A DNA stretch of 64,000 nucleotides, taken from positions 434,001-498,000 of the forward strand of contig JBEWZL010000276.1 of NCBI GenBank assembly GCA_045837725.1, read 5' to 3'. Below the pieces are notes generated by a model that was not told the origin of the DNA, did no database searches, and saw only the letters and a program-made list of their open reading frames with translations. The position numbers were made by a program, and so were the translations under genes. The stretch is from Vermamoeba vermiformis (lineage: Eukaryota). Shown here piece by piece: positions 11,705-24,597 of the stretch (position 1 is the stretch's first letter; each line of letters begins with the position of its first letter).

Positions 11705-13561
11705 TCAAATCTCTTCAGGGCCAAGGGAAGTGACAAAGTGAGGTACTTTTTTCAAGTGTAAATTGTCGAGTAGTTTGTTAATGAGATCGCTCGGCAGCAG
11801 CGACAAGTGTTTTTTGACTTGTTTGTTCGTGAGAATTGCTTTCATTGCCAAATCCATTAGCCTCCGCGGTGATTTATCTAAGATAGAGATCGGTCAATAA
11901 ATGTAGTTACAACTTTGGGTCATGTACGTACAAACTTTTAAGTGCCACACTTCGTCGAAATTTTCTTTGATGCCGCTCCAATCCACACTGCCACCAATCA
12001 GAACGATTTTATTCTCGCATTCAATGTAGTCAAAACTGTGCGCCGTCCTGCCAGAGATTACAATATCGAAAATTTTCATTGTGAACTTACCTTGGCCTTG
12101 GCACAACGCCGTTTGATGGCCAGCCGATTGAATGCCACACTGGCCGTACTATTTCGGGAAATTAATAGGGTGTATCTCCATTTAAGATATTTCCGAACTT
12201 ACGAGGCTTGGAGACATCGAGTATAAATACATCGTTGAATGTTTCGCGGGAATTTCCACCGCCAAATATAACGATCTTATTGTCTGGAAGCTAAATTTGC
12301 AACAATGTCAGCAAAGGATCGAGTTTGACATGTGACACGTGTCATTTTTTTCGACAGTACCTTAGTTGCTTTGTGAAATCCACGTGCTTTAGGCGGCGTG
12401 CCCGTCGCTTCTAACTTAACCCACGCTGATTTTTTGCTGTCAAAACAATGCAGTGTGTCGAGCACGGTGGCGCCGAAGAAATCAACACTGCCGCCAAAGA
12501 TATATATGTATTTGTCTACTACTGTCGCTGAGTGATTAAATCGAGGTGATGGCGCTTTGCCGTCATAGTCTACTAATTTTACATTGAATCTCTTGCCTAA
12601 AAAGGAAAATTTTGCAGATCAGCTTTTTTGAAATTTCACTAAGAGCGGCTGACGGAGCAACTAGAACCACACAGATTCGATATTATGATACTATAGTACT
12701 GTGTATAATTAAATACGTACTTATTTTGAACAAACTATTCGTTGCATCAGTCTCCTCGTTAAGGCCTCCGAAGACAAAAATATCGCTGCCAATGACCGAC
12801 ATCGAATGCGCACATCTAGCTGGCAATTGATTTTGACAAGGCACATTGTTAATTATACCAGTGCCTATATAATACAATACGGGGGTTAATTTGACGATAG
12901 ATTGACGTTTTTTGTGACAAAATGTTCGGATGAATCAGATAGCTCATTAATCATCCGTTCAAGAGCAGCAAATGAGCTAAAATAGGCCCGGGATGCCCTA
13001 TATATAGCTTTAATATAGTATAATACGTACGCGTATCAAATGAAACTGCATTAGAAATGCTGGTGTCGCCAGTGAATCCGCCGTAGATGATAATTTTTGA
13101 GCCTACCAGTGCCGCTGAAGTTAAATTTGTTGGTATTCTAGGAAGAGCTTTAATAAATATTAAATATCGCTCATTTAGCCACTTGTTTTGTCCTATAATA
13201 ATATCATCTAATAGTTAATAATTGCCCAAATTAGTTAAATGACATTTCTGCATTTATTACGATATCGATATTGTATAATTAAATAAATTATGAATATTTA
13301 TGAGATTATTTTTTAGGAAGAATTGAGTTTATGATAGTTTAAAAATAGATCTTACTTGCATCCCAGATCCTTATCTCCGAATACCTCATTTCAGCCTTCA
13401 AGGACCATCCACAAATTATATAAATCCTTCTATTAATTGAAAAACATTATTGACCGGAGTTCGATCAGATTCGAGCCCAAGGGCACTTACTCATCAACTA
13501 CAATAGAGCAGTGAGAGCATCTTTCTATCGGATTAGGTGCTGCTACTTGTGTCCAATCCAT
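11705..13561 (-). CDS. Kelch-repeat protein with a C-terminal BC/Cullin-box-like motif (KLHDC-like)
   Basis: Starts MDWTQVAAPNPIERCSHCSIVVD. Kelch motifs include RCAHSMSVIGSDIFVFGG, RFNHSATVVDKYIYIFGG, RGFHKAT and RTAHSF..IVLIGG. The last exon is KSPRRLMDLAMKAILTNKQVKKHLSLLPSDLINKLL...EEI*. Confidence 0.8.
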
Positions 13562-13767
13562 ACCGGCATATTGTGGCTATAAACTCCGAGGAGAGATCTC
13601 AAAAAATAAAAAAGCAAAATTTTTTGTGAAGGGTCTGTAAAATGTTTATTTATTAACTCCTAGTGAGTTGCTTACAGGGCATATTAATTCATTTGCTATT
13701 ATGCTAGCAGTATTGTTTGAATTTATTATGACTTTTGCCACGTTAATTTTGACAGGATCCGAAAATT

Positions 13768-14226
13768 TTAATTAATTCGGATCTTAGTTACCGGGTTCTT
13801 TTTCTCCACAGGCTTAGGGATACTGACCTCAAGAACTCCCTTCTCGAATTTAGCACTAATAGTAGCTGGATCCAAGTTTTCAGGAACGGAGAAAGACCTC
13901 ATGAATCTGCCGTAGCCGCGCTCGATCCGGTGGTACTGCTCGTTTTCTTCTTTCTTCTCGAAATTGCGCTCGCCACTAATAGTAAGAGTGCCATTGTCCA
14001 GCTCAATATCGACTTGTTCCTTGTCTAATCCAGGCAGATCGGCGTGGATCAAGTACTCTTTTTCTGTTTCTCTTACATCCACGCGAGGACGCCAAAATGA
14101 CTGCTCTCCTTTGTCACTCTTGCTAAGACCAGCATTTATCTCACCAAAGAAGTGGTTGAATCGCTTCTGGATGTCGCGGATCTCCTCAAAAGGATCGTAG
14201 TTGTTGAACCAGCGTGACAAGCTCAT
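13768..14226 (-). CDS. hsp20: Small heat-shock protein (Hsp20/alpha-crystallin family), intronless
   Basis: 152 aa with WRPRVDVRETEKEYLIHADLPG, ERGYGRFMRSFSVPE and AKFEKGVLEVSIPK. Confidence 0.97.
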   Translation of the reverse strand: MSLSRWFNNYDPFEEIRDIQKRFNHFFGEINAGLSKSDKGEQSFWRPRVDVRETEKEYLIHADLPGLDKEQVDIELDNGTLTISGERNFEKKEENEQYHRIERGYGRFMRSFSVPENLDPATISAKFEKGVLEVSIPKPVEKKNPVTKIRIN

Positions 14227-14407
14227 GTGTGTATTAGCGTGCTCAGTATTGTTGTTAATTATTTAGTTGAGGATTGTTGAATTGAAACTGTTGAACTCAG
14301 CGTCAGTTTTTAAGCTTGCCGTTCATGTTTTCTCTGTAAAGTTCGTTGAAATCCCTTTTTAAATTTCTTTTGAATCTAACATCACGTGACTGGTCACCGT
14401 TGAGTCA

Positions 14408-14422
14408 GTTCTTGAATTCTCC
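14408..14422. promoter_or_regulatory. Putative heat-shock element upstream of hsp20
   Basis: gTTCt-tGAAt-tCTCc is three alternating nGAAn pentamers with one mismatch, about 180 bp upstream of the hsp20 ATG. It is flanked by TGAGTCA (14401) and TCACGTGA (about 14382). Confidence 0.45.
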
Positions 14423-14664
14423 AAGCACCTTCTGGCTCGAAAGCCCGGCTTCGCAAGCTTGCTTCGCTTTTTCAGCTGGATCTGGTTGGGTAATGCTTAG
14501 TTAAGCATGTTGACGCCAAAAACTATTGCTCAGGTGCTTACCACATACTGGTATAACGTGAACTAACGGCATATCCTTCTTTAGCCTCAAAGAAAGCTGT
14601 TTGGAATTTTCGACCTTAACCAAACTGGTTTGTTTTGTTAGTCCGATTTATATACGAGCACCAT

Positions 14665-16756
14665 ATGACCAACGAGAAGCTATATAGATCGGTGGCGTGG
14701 AGCTCTCTACTAGCAGGAGTTCTTGTGCTCACTGGAGCCGGTACGTTTTCTTTACGGTGATCTTCGATCGCCTTAAAAAACAGTTCCTGGAAAGAACATT
14801 AAGCCACTTGTAGCCGCTTGTATTAAATTAATACGACTTGTTAGCGAAATATTCCTTCAACGCAATTTTTATTTTTAAAATCATTTACCTCAGAGATCGC
14901 ATCTGCGGCGTTCCGTTCAAACTATTGATGCTTACTACACACAGGATCACTATATGCTTTCTCGGCATACTCAGTAGCATTAAAGAATCATATGAACTAC
15001 ACCGAAACCGAAATAAATACAGTTAGTGCGATCGGGAGTGTTGGACAGTAAGTAAAATTAATTAATTACTGCAATAAATAATGATGTCATAATAATTATA
15101 TTATTAAATGGGTATCAAATATTAAATGTAATTTTAAAAAGATACTTGACCGCGATCCCCGTTGGTATGTTCTTTGATAGCTTCGGTGCTCGACCAACGA
15201 TAGGTGTTGGTACTCTATTATTATTTGGTGAGTATAATCACGTTAAATTACAAACAATAATAGCTGCCCAATGCTGACAATTTTAGCTGGCTATTTCCTC
15301 ATGTTCGAGGCTGTACGTGGAGTGGTTTCAACTCACTTCATAGCAGTTGGTACCTATTTGTTCTTAGTAGGCAAGTACCAAAAAACCGCGGCCACATCCG
15401 TTCTAACAGATCACGCAGGCATTGGAAACTATTTTGTATTCTCGGGAGCCTTTGTTACCAATCTAAAAAACTGGCATACTGAGCACCGTGGTAAAGTGCG
15501 TATTTATTATGCTAATATGCAATGTGAAGGATAGGACTAACGTGTACTGGATCAGGCCAGCGGAGTTTTGTTCGGCGCTTTTGGATTAAGTGCAGCTATT
15601 ATTACGCAGTTATTCAAGTTCTTTTTTGTGCACGACGGACAAGAAAATCTTACTGGATTCTTCCTCTCGCTTAGTATCGGTCTTGCGTTCTTGGGCTTGA
15701 TTGGTCTGCTCTCGATCCACGCGGTACGCAACCTCAAAATTAAAATTGGTTATTTTAACTCACGCCCTATATACTTTAGGTTCCTATATTAGTCTATGAC
15801 GAAACAACGCCATTATTGCGCGATAACTTTGCACAAACGCCAGTTGAAAAGGTACAAGGCCGTCAAGGAATGTTTGGGACTATTGGCGGTGTTAAGTTGT
15901 TTAAAGTCGCTGAATTTTACTTGTTGTTCTTCTCCTTCTTGATCTGCGCAGGAGTAAGTTAACTACATCCGCGAGAAGTTTATCGGCGTAAACAACTAAC
16001 ATGCCTATTAGGTTGCGCTCTCCTTTATTAATATTCTCGGCGGCATTATTAAGTCTTGGAAGGTCGATGAACTCTCTCCAGCAACATTTGTCATCATCTT
16101 GTCCTTGTCCAACTTTTCTGGCCGTTTAATCATTGGCAACCTCATCGACTTATTGTACGTTATATTTACTCCTATATTGATCTTCAACATTAATAATTGC
16201 TCTGCTAGGCGAAAGAAACTTCCCCTGGCGGGCATTATGATCGTGCCGGCTGCCATGGTCGGTGCGGGGTACGTGCTGATGGCAGTGTGGCCTCACTTTG
16301 TCGCACTCGTTATCGCCACAATTTTGATTGCCAGTTCATACGGAGGTACTTACTTTTGATACATATTGCGCTTCGTGTTATTTAATGCCTCCCTAGCCTT
16401 CTGGACTGGCTACAACTCTTTGCTGAACAGCTTCTTCGGTGACACGTACCACGGATCTAACTTTGGTTATATTTCCGGAGCAGCTGTAAGTTTATTCTAG
16501 TATCTACTAATAACTTGCTGATGCATGACTGTAGGGCGCCGGTTCCATTGCGATGAACGTCATCTTCGGCAAGATTTACGACAGCCAAGTTGACCACACT
16601 GGTGGCAACAATCAATGTTACGGCACCATGTGTTATTTGTTTACTTTTATCGTTGCCGCAGTCCTCGTGGCAGTGGCCATAGTGATGATGATTATATTGG
16701 CAACGAGAGAGCGCAGACAAAGCAAACTTCAAAGCACATCCATCATCGTCAACTAA
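14665..16756 (+). CDS. MFS transporter, nodulin-like/NFD4/Mch1 family
   Basis: The spliced N-terminus reads LAGVLVLTGAGSLYAFSAYSVALKNHMNYTETEINTVSAIG. Further motifs are NWHTEHRGK, GAFGLSAAIITQ, NFSGRL and C-terminal GKIYDSQ..CYGTMCY. There are many TM helices over about 11 exons. Confidence 0.85.
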
Positions 16757-16915
16757 TGTCTGCGTGCGCTTATTAATCTATATTAAATTACTTTGTATTA
16801 TATGTACAATATACGTACCAATTTTTTAATCTCCGGGCACCTCGTGGCAGTTTTTTGATGAGATTTTGTGCGCGAATCATTTTGAAACAACAAGATCAAT
16901 AACACAACAACCACA

Positions 16916-18605
16916 ATGAGCTTGACCGATTTAGACGACCTTATTAATGACATTCAAACTATGTCCATGGCGAGCCCTCGTGGCGCTGGATTTGAAGAGG
17001 AAACAATTACCTTTGGCGAAGAAACGATTACAGTGCCTACTATGTCCCCATTGACAGCAGTATTAGTAGAGGCCACACCTTCATTTGCTATTACATCTGC
17101 TGGCGATGATGTTGAACACACTGTTAGCGAGCTCGATCAGTTAGTAGCTGAATTCGACAACATCGGCGCCAGTGGTCGAAGAAATCACGCTAAAGAGCCT
17201 GTTCCTCGTGCCCCTGAAAAAACACTTGCTGCAGGTAATTTATTATGGAGATTCTGTCGCTGGAATATTTGATTTTCAATATTCAAAAAATTATATTCAA
17301 TTTCCAGTATCAAAGTCGATCTTCAATATTAACGTCTAAAATTATTATAGGAGTTGTAGATGAGAATGAATTGACCGAAATTCTAATTTCCTTGGGCACT
17401 CGCGTGATCAAGGGTGTTGATATTGAAAAACTCTCGCGGGGTTCTTGCGCCTATTGCAAAAAATCAATTATCGTCGATATTACAGAGTCTCGTAAGTAAT
17501 ATAGCGTACTATATATAAATTCTTGCGATCTTTAATATTTAAAAAACGCTTAGGCGGATTGCGTTATCATCCAGAACACTTCTTCTGCGATCAATGCCAC
17601 AGACCATCTGCAAATGGAAAATATATTGAAAAGGGAGATAAAGTATTTTGCCAAGCCTGCTTTGAGGGAACGTAAGTACTGTAGCGCAAAGCAACCGGAT
17701 CCGAACAAAATCTTTCATTAGCTTAGCAACGGCTCCTTTGCTATAAATATTGCACAAATATGCCATTTAAGCGATCTATTATTCGCTGTTTATGACTAGA
17801 AATAATTTTGATTCGAGTTTTTTGTTCGCGTACTGATCGGATCCTTCCTTTTCCAGTCAAGCACCTAAATGCCCTCGTTGCTCACAAGCTATTGTCGGCC
17901 AAGGTCTTAAAGCCATGGGCTCAGCATGGCACCCTGATTGCTTCGTCTGCACACTCTGCGGTGGCGGATTCCCCAATGGTCGCTATTGTGAATATGAAAA
18001 CAGACCCTTCTGCGAATCTTGCTTCAAAAACAAGTTTGCTGTTTGCAGGTACGTTGAAAGATATTAATGCAATACTAATAACCAAAACTCTGAGAATTTA
18101 TCGCTAATTATTTTTTCGTACCAGATCTTGCAAGCAACCTATTCAAGGTACAGATTACATTCAAGCCCTCGATGCCATGTGGCATCCAGAGCACTTCGGT
18201 TGCCAGACTTGCAGAAAGGTACGTCACTATTCGCAATCGTAGGTGTTGATGTATACTGACCGCAAATGGTAGCCTTTCGGTGCCAACTTTTACCAACACG
18301 AAGGTCTGATTTACTGCGAACAACACTATTTGGACATTATGAACGTACCTCGCTGCGGCCTGTGCAATGAAGTTATTAGCGGCAAAGTGTTGTCTGCTCT
18401 TGGCAAGAACTGGCATCCGGATCACTTCGTGTGCGGTCTATGCGCTACTCCTCTGGGCCCTGATTACAAGGTAAGCTCGAAGACATTGCCTTATATGGCA
18501 TATGCCCACGGAGTATATTCGCAGTACTAACCGGCGGTTCAATTACAGTCAAAGGGCGACAAAGGATATTGCCGAAAGTGCTTCGTCAGCATTCAAGGGT
18601 TTTAA
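16916..18605 (+). CDS. Paxillin-family protein (LD-like motifs plus 4 LIM domains)
   Basis: N-terminal DLDDLINDI, ELDQLVAEF and ELTEILISL. Four LIM domains (Cx2C..HPE/D..FxCx2C..Cx2C/H) end at CRKCFVSIQGF* (18603-18605). Confidence 0.88.
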
Positions 18606-18843
18606 TGTAACACTTGCATAGACTCACCAGGTCTGTAATAAAGAATTATAGTTATCATTAGACCGATTATTGGCGGGCAAACGACGTGTGCCAAATTTGA
18701 TGTTTTGACATTTTTTTTCTTTTACTCCCTTCGAAGAGTAGCACTTACTCGTCTTATTTATATTATAAAACTTGCTAGTACATTCAAAAAGATAGCTATT
18801 TACGTGCTTGTGCTTTATTGCAGTTGGAAATGGAAAGTAGAGA

Positions 18844-19354
18844 ATGATAGAATCGAACGTAGCTCACGAACCAACGCTATACCGTACTTGCGGGTATTTT
18901 TATCAACGCAATCGATGGTACTGGATCACAATCGCGAGCATTTTGGCGATATTCTTTGGATTTGGTAAATAATTGAGTGATTTTAATTGATTAAAAATTG
19001 TTACGAGCTTAGATAATCAATTTCCTGTTAAATTTATTTGTAATTTGCTAATTCTTGCAATTTGTAGTGTTTTACGGTGTTCTTCAAATGAAAATCTTTG
19101 GTGCGCTATTAATGTCGCTCGGCATCTGCTCTATTTTGGCGTTAATGATTATACTTCTCGCTACCGCTATCACGATAGTATCTAATTTAAAGATTGACAC
19201 TCCATCCTATTACATAGGTCAGTAAATCCGAAATTGAAAGTCTGATCTAACTCGCACAATAGGGGAACCGTCTCAAGTTGGCTCAACGGTCATTCAAATT
19301 GACTATTCGAATCAATATCGAAAGAAGAACAAAGGATACTTGCAGTTAGACTGA
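18844..19354 (+). CDS. Small two-TM hypothetical protein (about 120 aa, 3 exons)
   Basis: MIESNVAHEPT..WYWITIASILAIFFGF|VFYGVLQMKIFGALLMSLGICSILALMIILLATAITIV..|GEPSQVG..YLQLD*. Both GT-AG introns preserve the frame. Confidence 0.55.
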
Positions 19355-20004
19355 AATACTCCGGGGATGGGATCTAGCAGACGAATTTTCCAACGACTGA
19401 AGCCGATATTGGTGTCGGCACCCTCCTGTATCACCTACATCGACGTATAACTACATGTTTGCCTTCGATCAAGGGCCAGAAATTGATAAGAGGGGCCATC
19501 CAATTCATCCGATCAACAACGTCAGGGATTAATACCAATGGGGTAAATTCCGCTTTATTGGCATAACGTCATAATGCCATAACCCCTCGAGTGGCAGAAA
19601 ATTGGAAGAGAAGGCCAATAAATCCACAATAAAGGGAATAATTCACACGAATTTAAAAAACTCTTGTAAAGCTATATAGTACAATCGATAAGCTCTACCC
19701 GGGTCTAATAAATATAATTGCGATTATTAAGAATAATTGGCAGCCGGACAAAAGCTTGACGCCACGCTAACTTCGATTTTTGGTCCGTTTGAGATGAGGA
19801 AAGCCAGATCAGTCTGTGCTAATGAAAGAGCTTGCAAACCGCGAGACTATCATAACGTGCGCCATCAATCACCTGCAATCTGGTTGGCTGGTTTTTGGGC
19901 AGTTTTTCTTCGGAGACCAAAAAAAAATTAATCACAAAAATATCTTCGCACCCTCTTTTTCACTTTTACACCAACAAACGCACTTTACAAACACAATAAG
20001 CAAA

Positions 20005-20638
20005 ATGGTCGATGTTAACGCCGTCCCCTCCGTCTGGGAAGAATTGAGAAAGGATCAAGCCAACTGGGTCCTCTTCACCTATGGTGATAACAACACTATT
20101 GTTGAAGCCGGCAAGGGCAACGGTGGCTTTGCTGAATTCAAGCAACACTTGAAGGAAGACGGTATCTTCTACGGTGGTTTCCGTGTTATGGCTGTTGGTA
20201 AGTTAGTTTTTGTAACCGACATCAAGGGTCTTAAATCTAAAAATTTAATTTTCAGATGAGGAGAACAGCAAGCGCAGCAAATTTATCTTCGTCACTTGGG
20301 TCGGCGAGAAGGTTTCTCCCTTGAAGAGAGCCCGTGTCTCCACCCACAAGCCCCTCGTTCGCGAGAAGTGCGGTAAGCAATCTCTTTTTGGTTTATATTT
20401 TACGCGAGGTTTTCGGCTCGCGAGTTTAAGCTCGTGATTACGAAAATCAGATGTCATCATCGTCATATAATACAGTTTTACCTTTTATTGCTGAATTTTA
20501 ATTAATTTTTAATGTTTTTTAGTTGGTGCCCACATCGAACTCCAAGCCGCCAATGAGGACGATTTGACCGAAGAAGTTGTTACCAAGAAGCTCGCCGCCT
20601 CCGGAGGTGCTCACCAACCCACTGGTTACGAATTCTAA
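20005..20638 (+). CDS. Coactosin-like actin-binding protein (ADF-H domain)
   Basis: 3 exons: MVDVNAVPSVWEELRKDQANWVLFTY..GKGNGGFAEF..YGGFRV|..KRSKFIFVTWVGEKVSPLKRARVSTHK|..KKLAASGGAHQPTGYEF*. Confidence 0.92.
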
Positions 20639-21135
20639 ATTAAACTAATTTATAAAAACTTAAATTATTGTTGTAACTTCATCTTCCAGAGATGTGAGGA
20701 AATAAAATCAGCAATGATACTTGTATCTTAATCCAATACTGTCTCCATTTTCTCTCATCCTCAGTTGTTCAATTTCCTTGTCGGGACTTCGTCGATTGCT
20801 ATTTTGAGTTTTGATCTCGCGTTGGAGGTCAAACGTGAAAATGTCCGTAGTTGCAAGATGAGCCAACGCACGTACCACGAGATGGAGCTATGTTATTGAA
20901 GGGTATTCTGGAGGTGAAAAGTGCGCGAGCTTGTCGTAGCGGCGTTCATGAACGAAATGGAAAATTTCATTTGTTTGGAAGTTCGTTCACTGAACCGTGC
21001 ACTGCTCATGAATTCTGAACTCCAATTTTCTGTCGGCGCTAGCACATAAATACCGCTGTTGGTTACTCATTCATTCATTCAATAACAACAAACAACAAGT
21101 CAAGCAAGACTAACCGAAACAAAACAAATCCAACA

Positions 21136-21475
21136 ATGTCCTTCACTCAAAACAAATTCTTCAAGCTCTGGACTAGCAGCCCTATGGCTAAAGCCGCTTA
21201 TCCTTTGGCTGTAGTCATCGTTGTGCCCTTGACCTACTCACTGGTCGTTAGCTTCCACACTCTTACCAGCAACAACGACTTGCAGTAAGTTAACAAACTC
21301 GTTAATTAGTCCAAAATTTCAGTAACTAATACAATTCCTTTCTAGTATCCGCAAGAACTTCAACGCTATCCCTGAAGAAGATGGTCACAAGATTATGGAT
21401 CGCGACTACATGATTAAGAGATTGACCAACGACAAAAGCGGATGGTACAACCCTGCCAGATACCTCAAGAACTAA
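21136..21475 (+). CDS. B12D/NDUFA4-like small mitochondrial membrane protein (about 92 aa)
   Basis: Exons 21136-21284 and 21346-21475 give MSFTQNKFFKLWTSSPMAKAAYPLAVVIVVPLTYSLVVSFHTLTSNNDLHIRKN... The YPL-TM-NxD/E layout matches the family and the codon bias is that of a highly expressed gene. Not in the ORF track. Confidence 0.6.
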
Positions 21476-22205
21476 AATCAAGCGAACCATGTAATTAATA
21501 ATCGATGTAAATAGTAATACCGTTGAAATAATAAAATTGAGACGGTTCAATGCAAACTCGCGAAACATTTTCTGAAATCTGGGAGAAACAATTTGTTGTC
21601 GCGTGGCAACTCAAAAATAAGAAGCGAATATCGTTATTTGATATAAGGAATTTACTGTTAAGATTGCTCGGTTGCAGCGTAGGGTATCATTAAGATCCGA
21701 AAATGGATTCTGTAACCGCTGAAGATTTCAGAAATATTTGAAAAACACCAAAATTGTAATTATGTACTGAACATGGTCACTCAAGCATCAACAGATTTTG
21801 TGTTCAGCACGTGTTACGTAAAATATTATATTAATATAATATTAATTTACCTAGCTACAACCTGAAATAATAATCAGGGTAATGAAATACTCGAATTCTA
21901 CAACGTTCGTGCACGTATGAATGGGTCTTGATATATTCCGTTCGGACAGAATCGAATCTGTTGATTTATTCAGCGGTGGATCTGCGATCTCTACATTCCG
22001 CAGCGCTTAAAACGTTGGAAGCTAGTGTTATGAGATATTGTGCCATACGTTATGCTGAATACACAATAGGGAGGCTTGGCGCACAATCTTATTTTTTTTC
22101 ATTATTTTTTCAGGCCAGATTTTTTTTTCGCAACGGTCTCTGGGTCAAAAAAAATCTGCGCGCTTCATTCTTTTTGTTCTGCGATCGAAACATACAAACG
22201 CAACC

Positions 22206-24171
22206 ATGAACTTCGATAAAGTTAAGGAGCAATTCCACCAAGCCCAAGATTACGTCAACAAGATGACCCCCAAGGAGAAGGCCGTCGGTGCTGCCGCCGT
22301 TGCCGGATCTTTGTTGACCGCGATCGCTCTCAAGAAGGTCCTCAGCCGACCCCCCAAGGCTAAGACCTACGATGACGCTGAAGTCGTAAGTGAAAGCAAT
22401 GCAAAAACGTAGTATGAGTTCAACCGGATTAATGGATTTTGGATTAACAGGTGAAGGCCGACAACTACTACGATGTTGCCATCGTTGGTGCTGGTCCTTC
22501 TGGCTCCACTTGCGCTTTCTACTTGTCCAAGGCCGGCAAGAAGGTTCTCTTGTTGGACAAAAAGCAATTCCCTCGCGACAAGTACTGCGGAGATGCCGTC
22601 AGCTACTTGGCTCAACACTACCTCAGAGAAATGGGTGCCTTCCAAGAACTCGTTGCTGAGAAGAAGCTTCGTATGGTAAGATATTTGTTATTAATAGAAT
22701 TACAGATCGTCCACAAAAATCCGTTGGAGTAATTATTTTACCACCCTGTATGCCATGATCAACGTACCCGAAGCGTGCACAATATTTATTTTGATTATTT
22801 AGTGGCTTAATCACTAATATTTGATTGAGGCCCGATACTCAAATCCCTCATCTTCGGTTGATTAATATCTTTGTTTTTAAGGCCCGAGTTGGTGGTATTG
22901 TCAGCCCTAAGGGTTACAGTTTCATCGGTAACTCCGCTCAAGAGTTGAACTTGGGTGAAATCGGTGTCATGGCTGCCGTTAAGAGAATCGACCTCGATGA
23001 GAAGATTGTCCGCGCCGCTCAACGCGCTGGTGCTCACCTCACTGAGAACTCTCAAGTCACTGTAAGTATATAATTTTTTGATGCATTTAATGATGCGAGT
23101 ATCTTCATTGAACATTTATTTAATCGATCCGAACTTTAATTTTTACGATCGTACTTTTTGTTAATCCAGTTTTTTATTCCGATAGGAAACCATCTTCGAC
23201 GAGAAGTCTGGTACTTGGGAAGTCCGATGCATCAACGAAAACCAACCTGAGCAAGAACCCCGCGTCTACAGAGCCCGCATGCTCGTTTGCGCTGACGGTT
23301 CTCCCTCTAACTTGGCTCGCAAGTTGGGCATCGTCAAGAACGAACCTGATTCATTCTGCTCTCGCCAATACATCAAGGCCGGCACTCACAACTTCGGCAA
23401 CATGGACGGAGTTTGCTTCTATCCTCGCGCTCTTTTGCCCGGTTACGCCGCCATCTTCGCTGAGGCCGACGGTGACGTCAACTACTTGTGCTACATTATC
23501 CCTGGTGGTCAAATGGGTGAGAAGGACTTGGCTAGCGTCCACGAAGATTTGGCCAAGAACGACCCCAACATTTCCAAGCTCTTGGGTCCCAACTACGAGC
23601 CTCGTGAGCGCATGAAGGGTGCTAGCTTGCGTCTCGGTGGTGTTGAGAAGTCTGTTGCCGAGAACTGCATCGTTATTGGTGACGCTTGCGGTATGATCGA
23701 TCCTCTTACTGGTGGTAAGTATCTATCTATTTTACAATTGCAACCCGCTAAAATTGGAAAATCAAATCCTGATCACGCGATCGCTAACCTCCGTTCCTTT
23801 CAGAGGGTATCCACCTTGCTATGCACAGCGGTAAGCTGGGAGCCGACTCTCTCCTCCAAGCCTTTGAGGCCAAGAACTTCACTGAAGGTTACTTGAACCA
23901 CGTCTACCACAAGAAATGGACTCACGAATTCGCCTCTGAGTTCTACTGGTCCATGAAGATGTCTCAAGCCCTCAACAAGTTCCCCATCGTCCTCGACGCT
24001 GCCGCTCTCTTGATTAACCGCAAGGGTGGTAACTTCTTGGCCGACTGGGCTCTTGTTATGTCTGGTCAAAAGTCCAAGTTGTGGTTCGCCAGACCCGACG
24101 TTGGTCTCTCTTTCCTCTACGAATTGGTCCGCGAATTCATCTTCGGTGGTGGTGCCAAGAAGAACCTCTAA
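22206..24171 (+). CDS. Geranylgeranyl-reductase-family FAD oxidoreductase (CMFR1/cmfB-like) with an N-terminal membrane anchor
   Basis: YDVAIVGAGPSGSTCA, FPRDKYCGDAV, CADGSPS and IGDACGMIDPLTGEGI; 5 exons. Confidence 0.88.
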
Positions 24172-24597
24172 ATTGCGAATCCTTCTAAACACATTTTTGC
24201 GAAGTAATAATAGTTAATAACCTTTCTATTCAATTTTGGCTCTTGATCTGGTTCTTTTCGTCTTGACTATTCTATCTTATTCTTCGTTTTGATCATCGCG
24301 AACTAAAGCGAAGAGTGTTTTGTACGTAATAAAGTCTCCTTATTTATCTCTAGATGCACGAGTCAGATTCACCGACGTTTCTCCCTCCTTAGCTCCTATA
24401 CTTGGATCTTTACCTTATGTTAAAGTACTTTGGTGTCTTCTTTGTTAAGTCGGGTGCGTTTGGACTTAATCATTTGTGGTCCGAGGATAAATAGCAAACT
24501 TTTCATGTTTTAACATTTGTCCATCTTTTAATACGGGGAGAAGACCACACAAGAGGAAGGGAAATTGTATTATATTATTTAAAGAACCACTTCCAAG

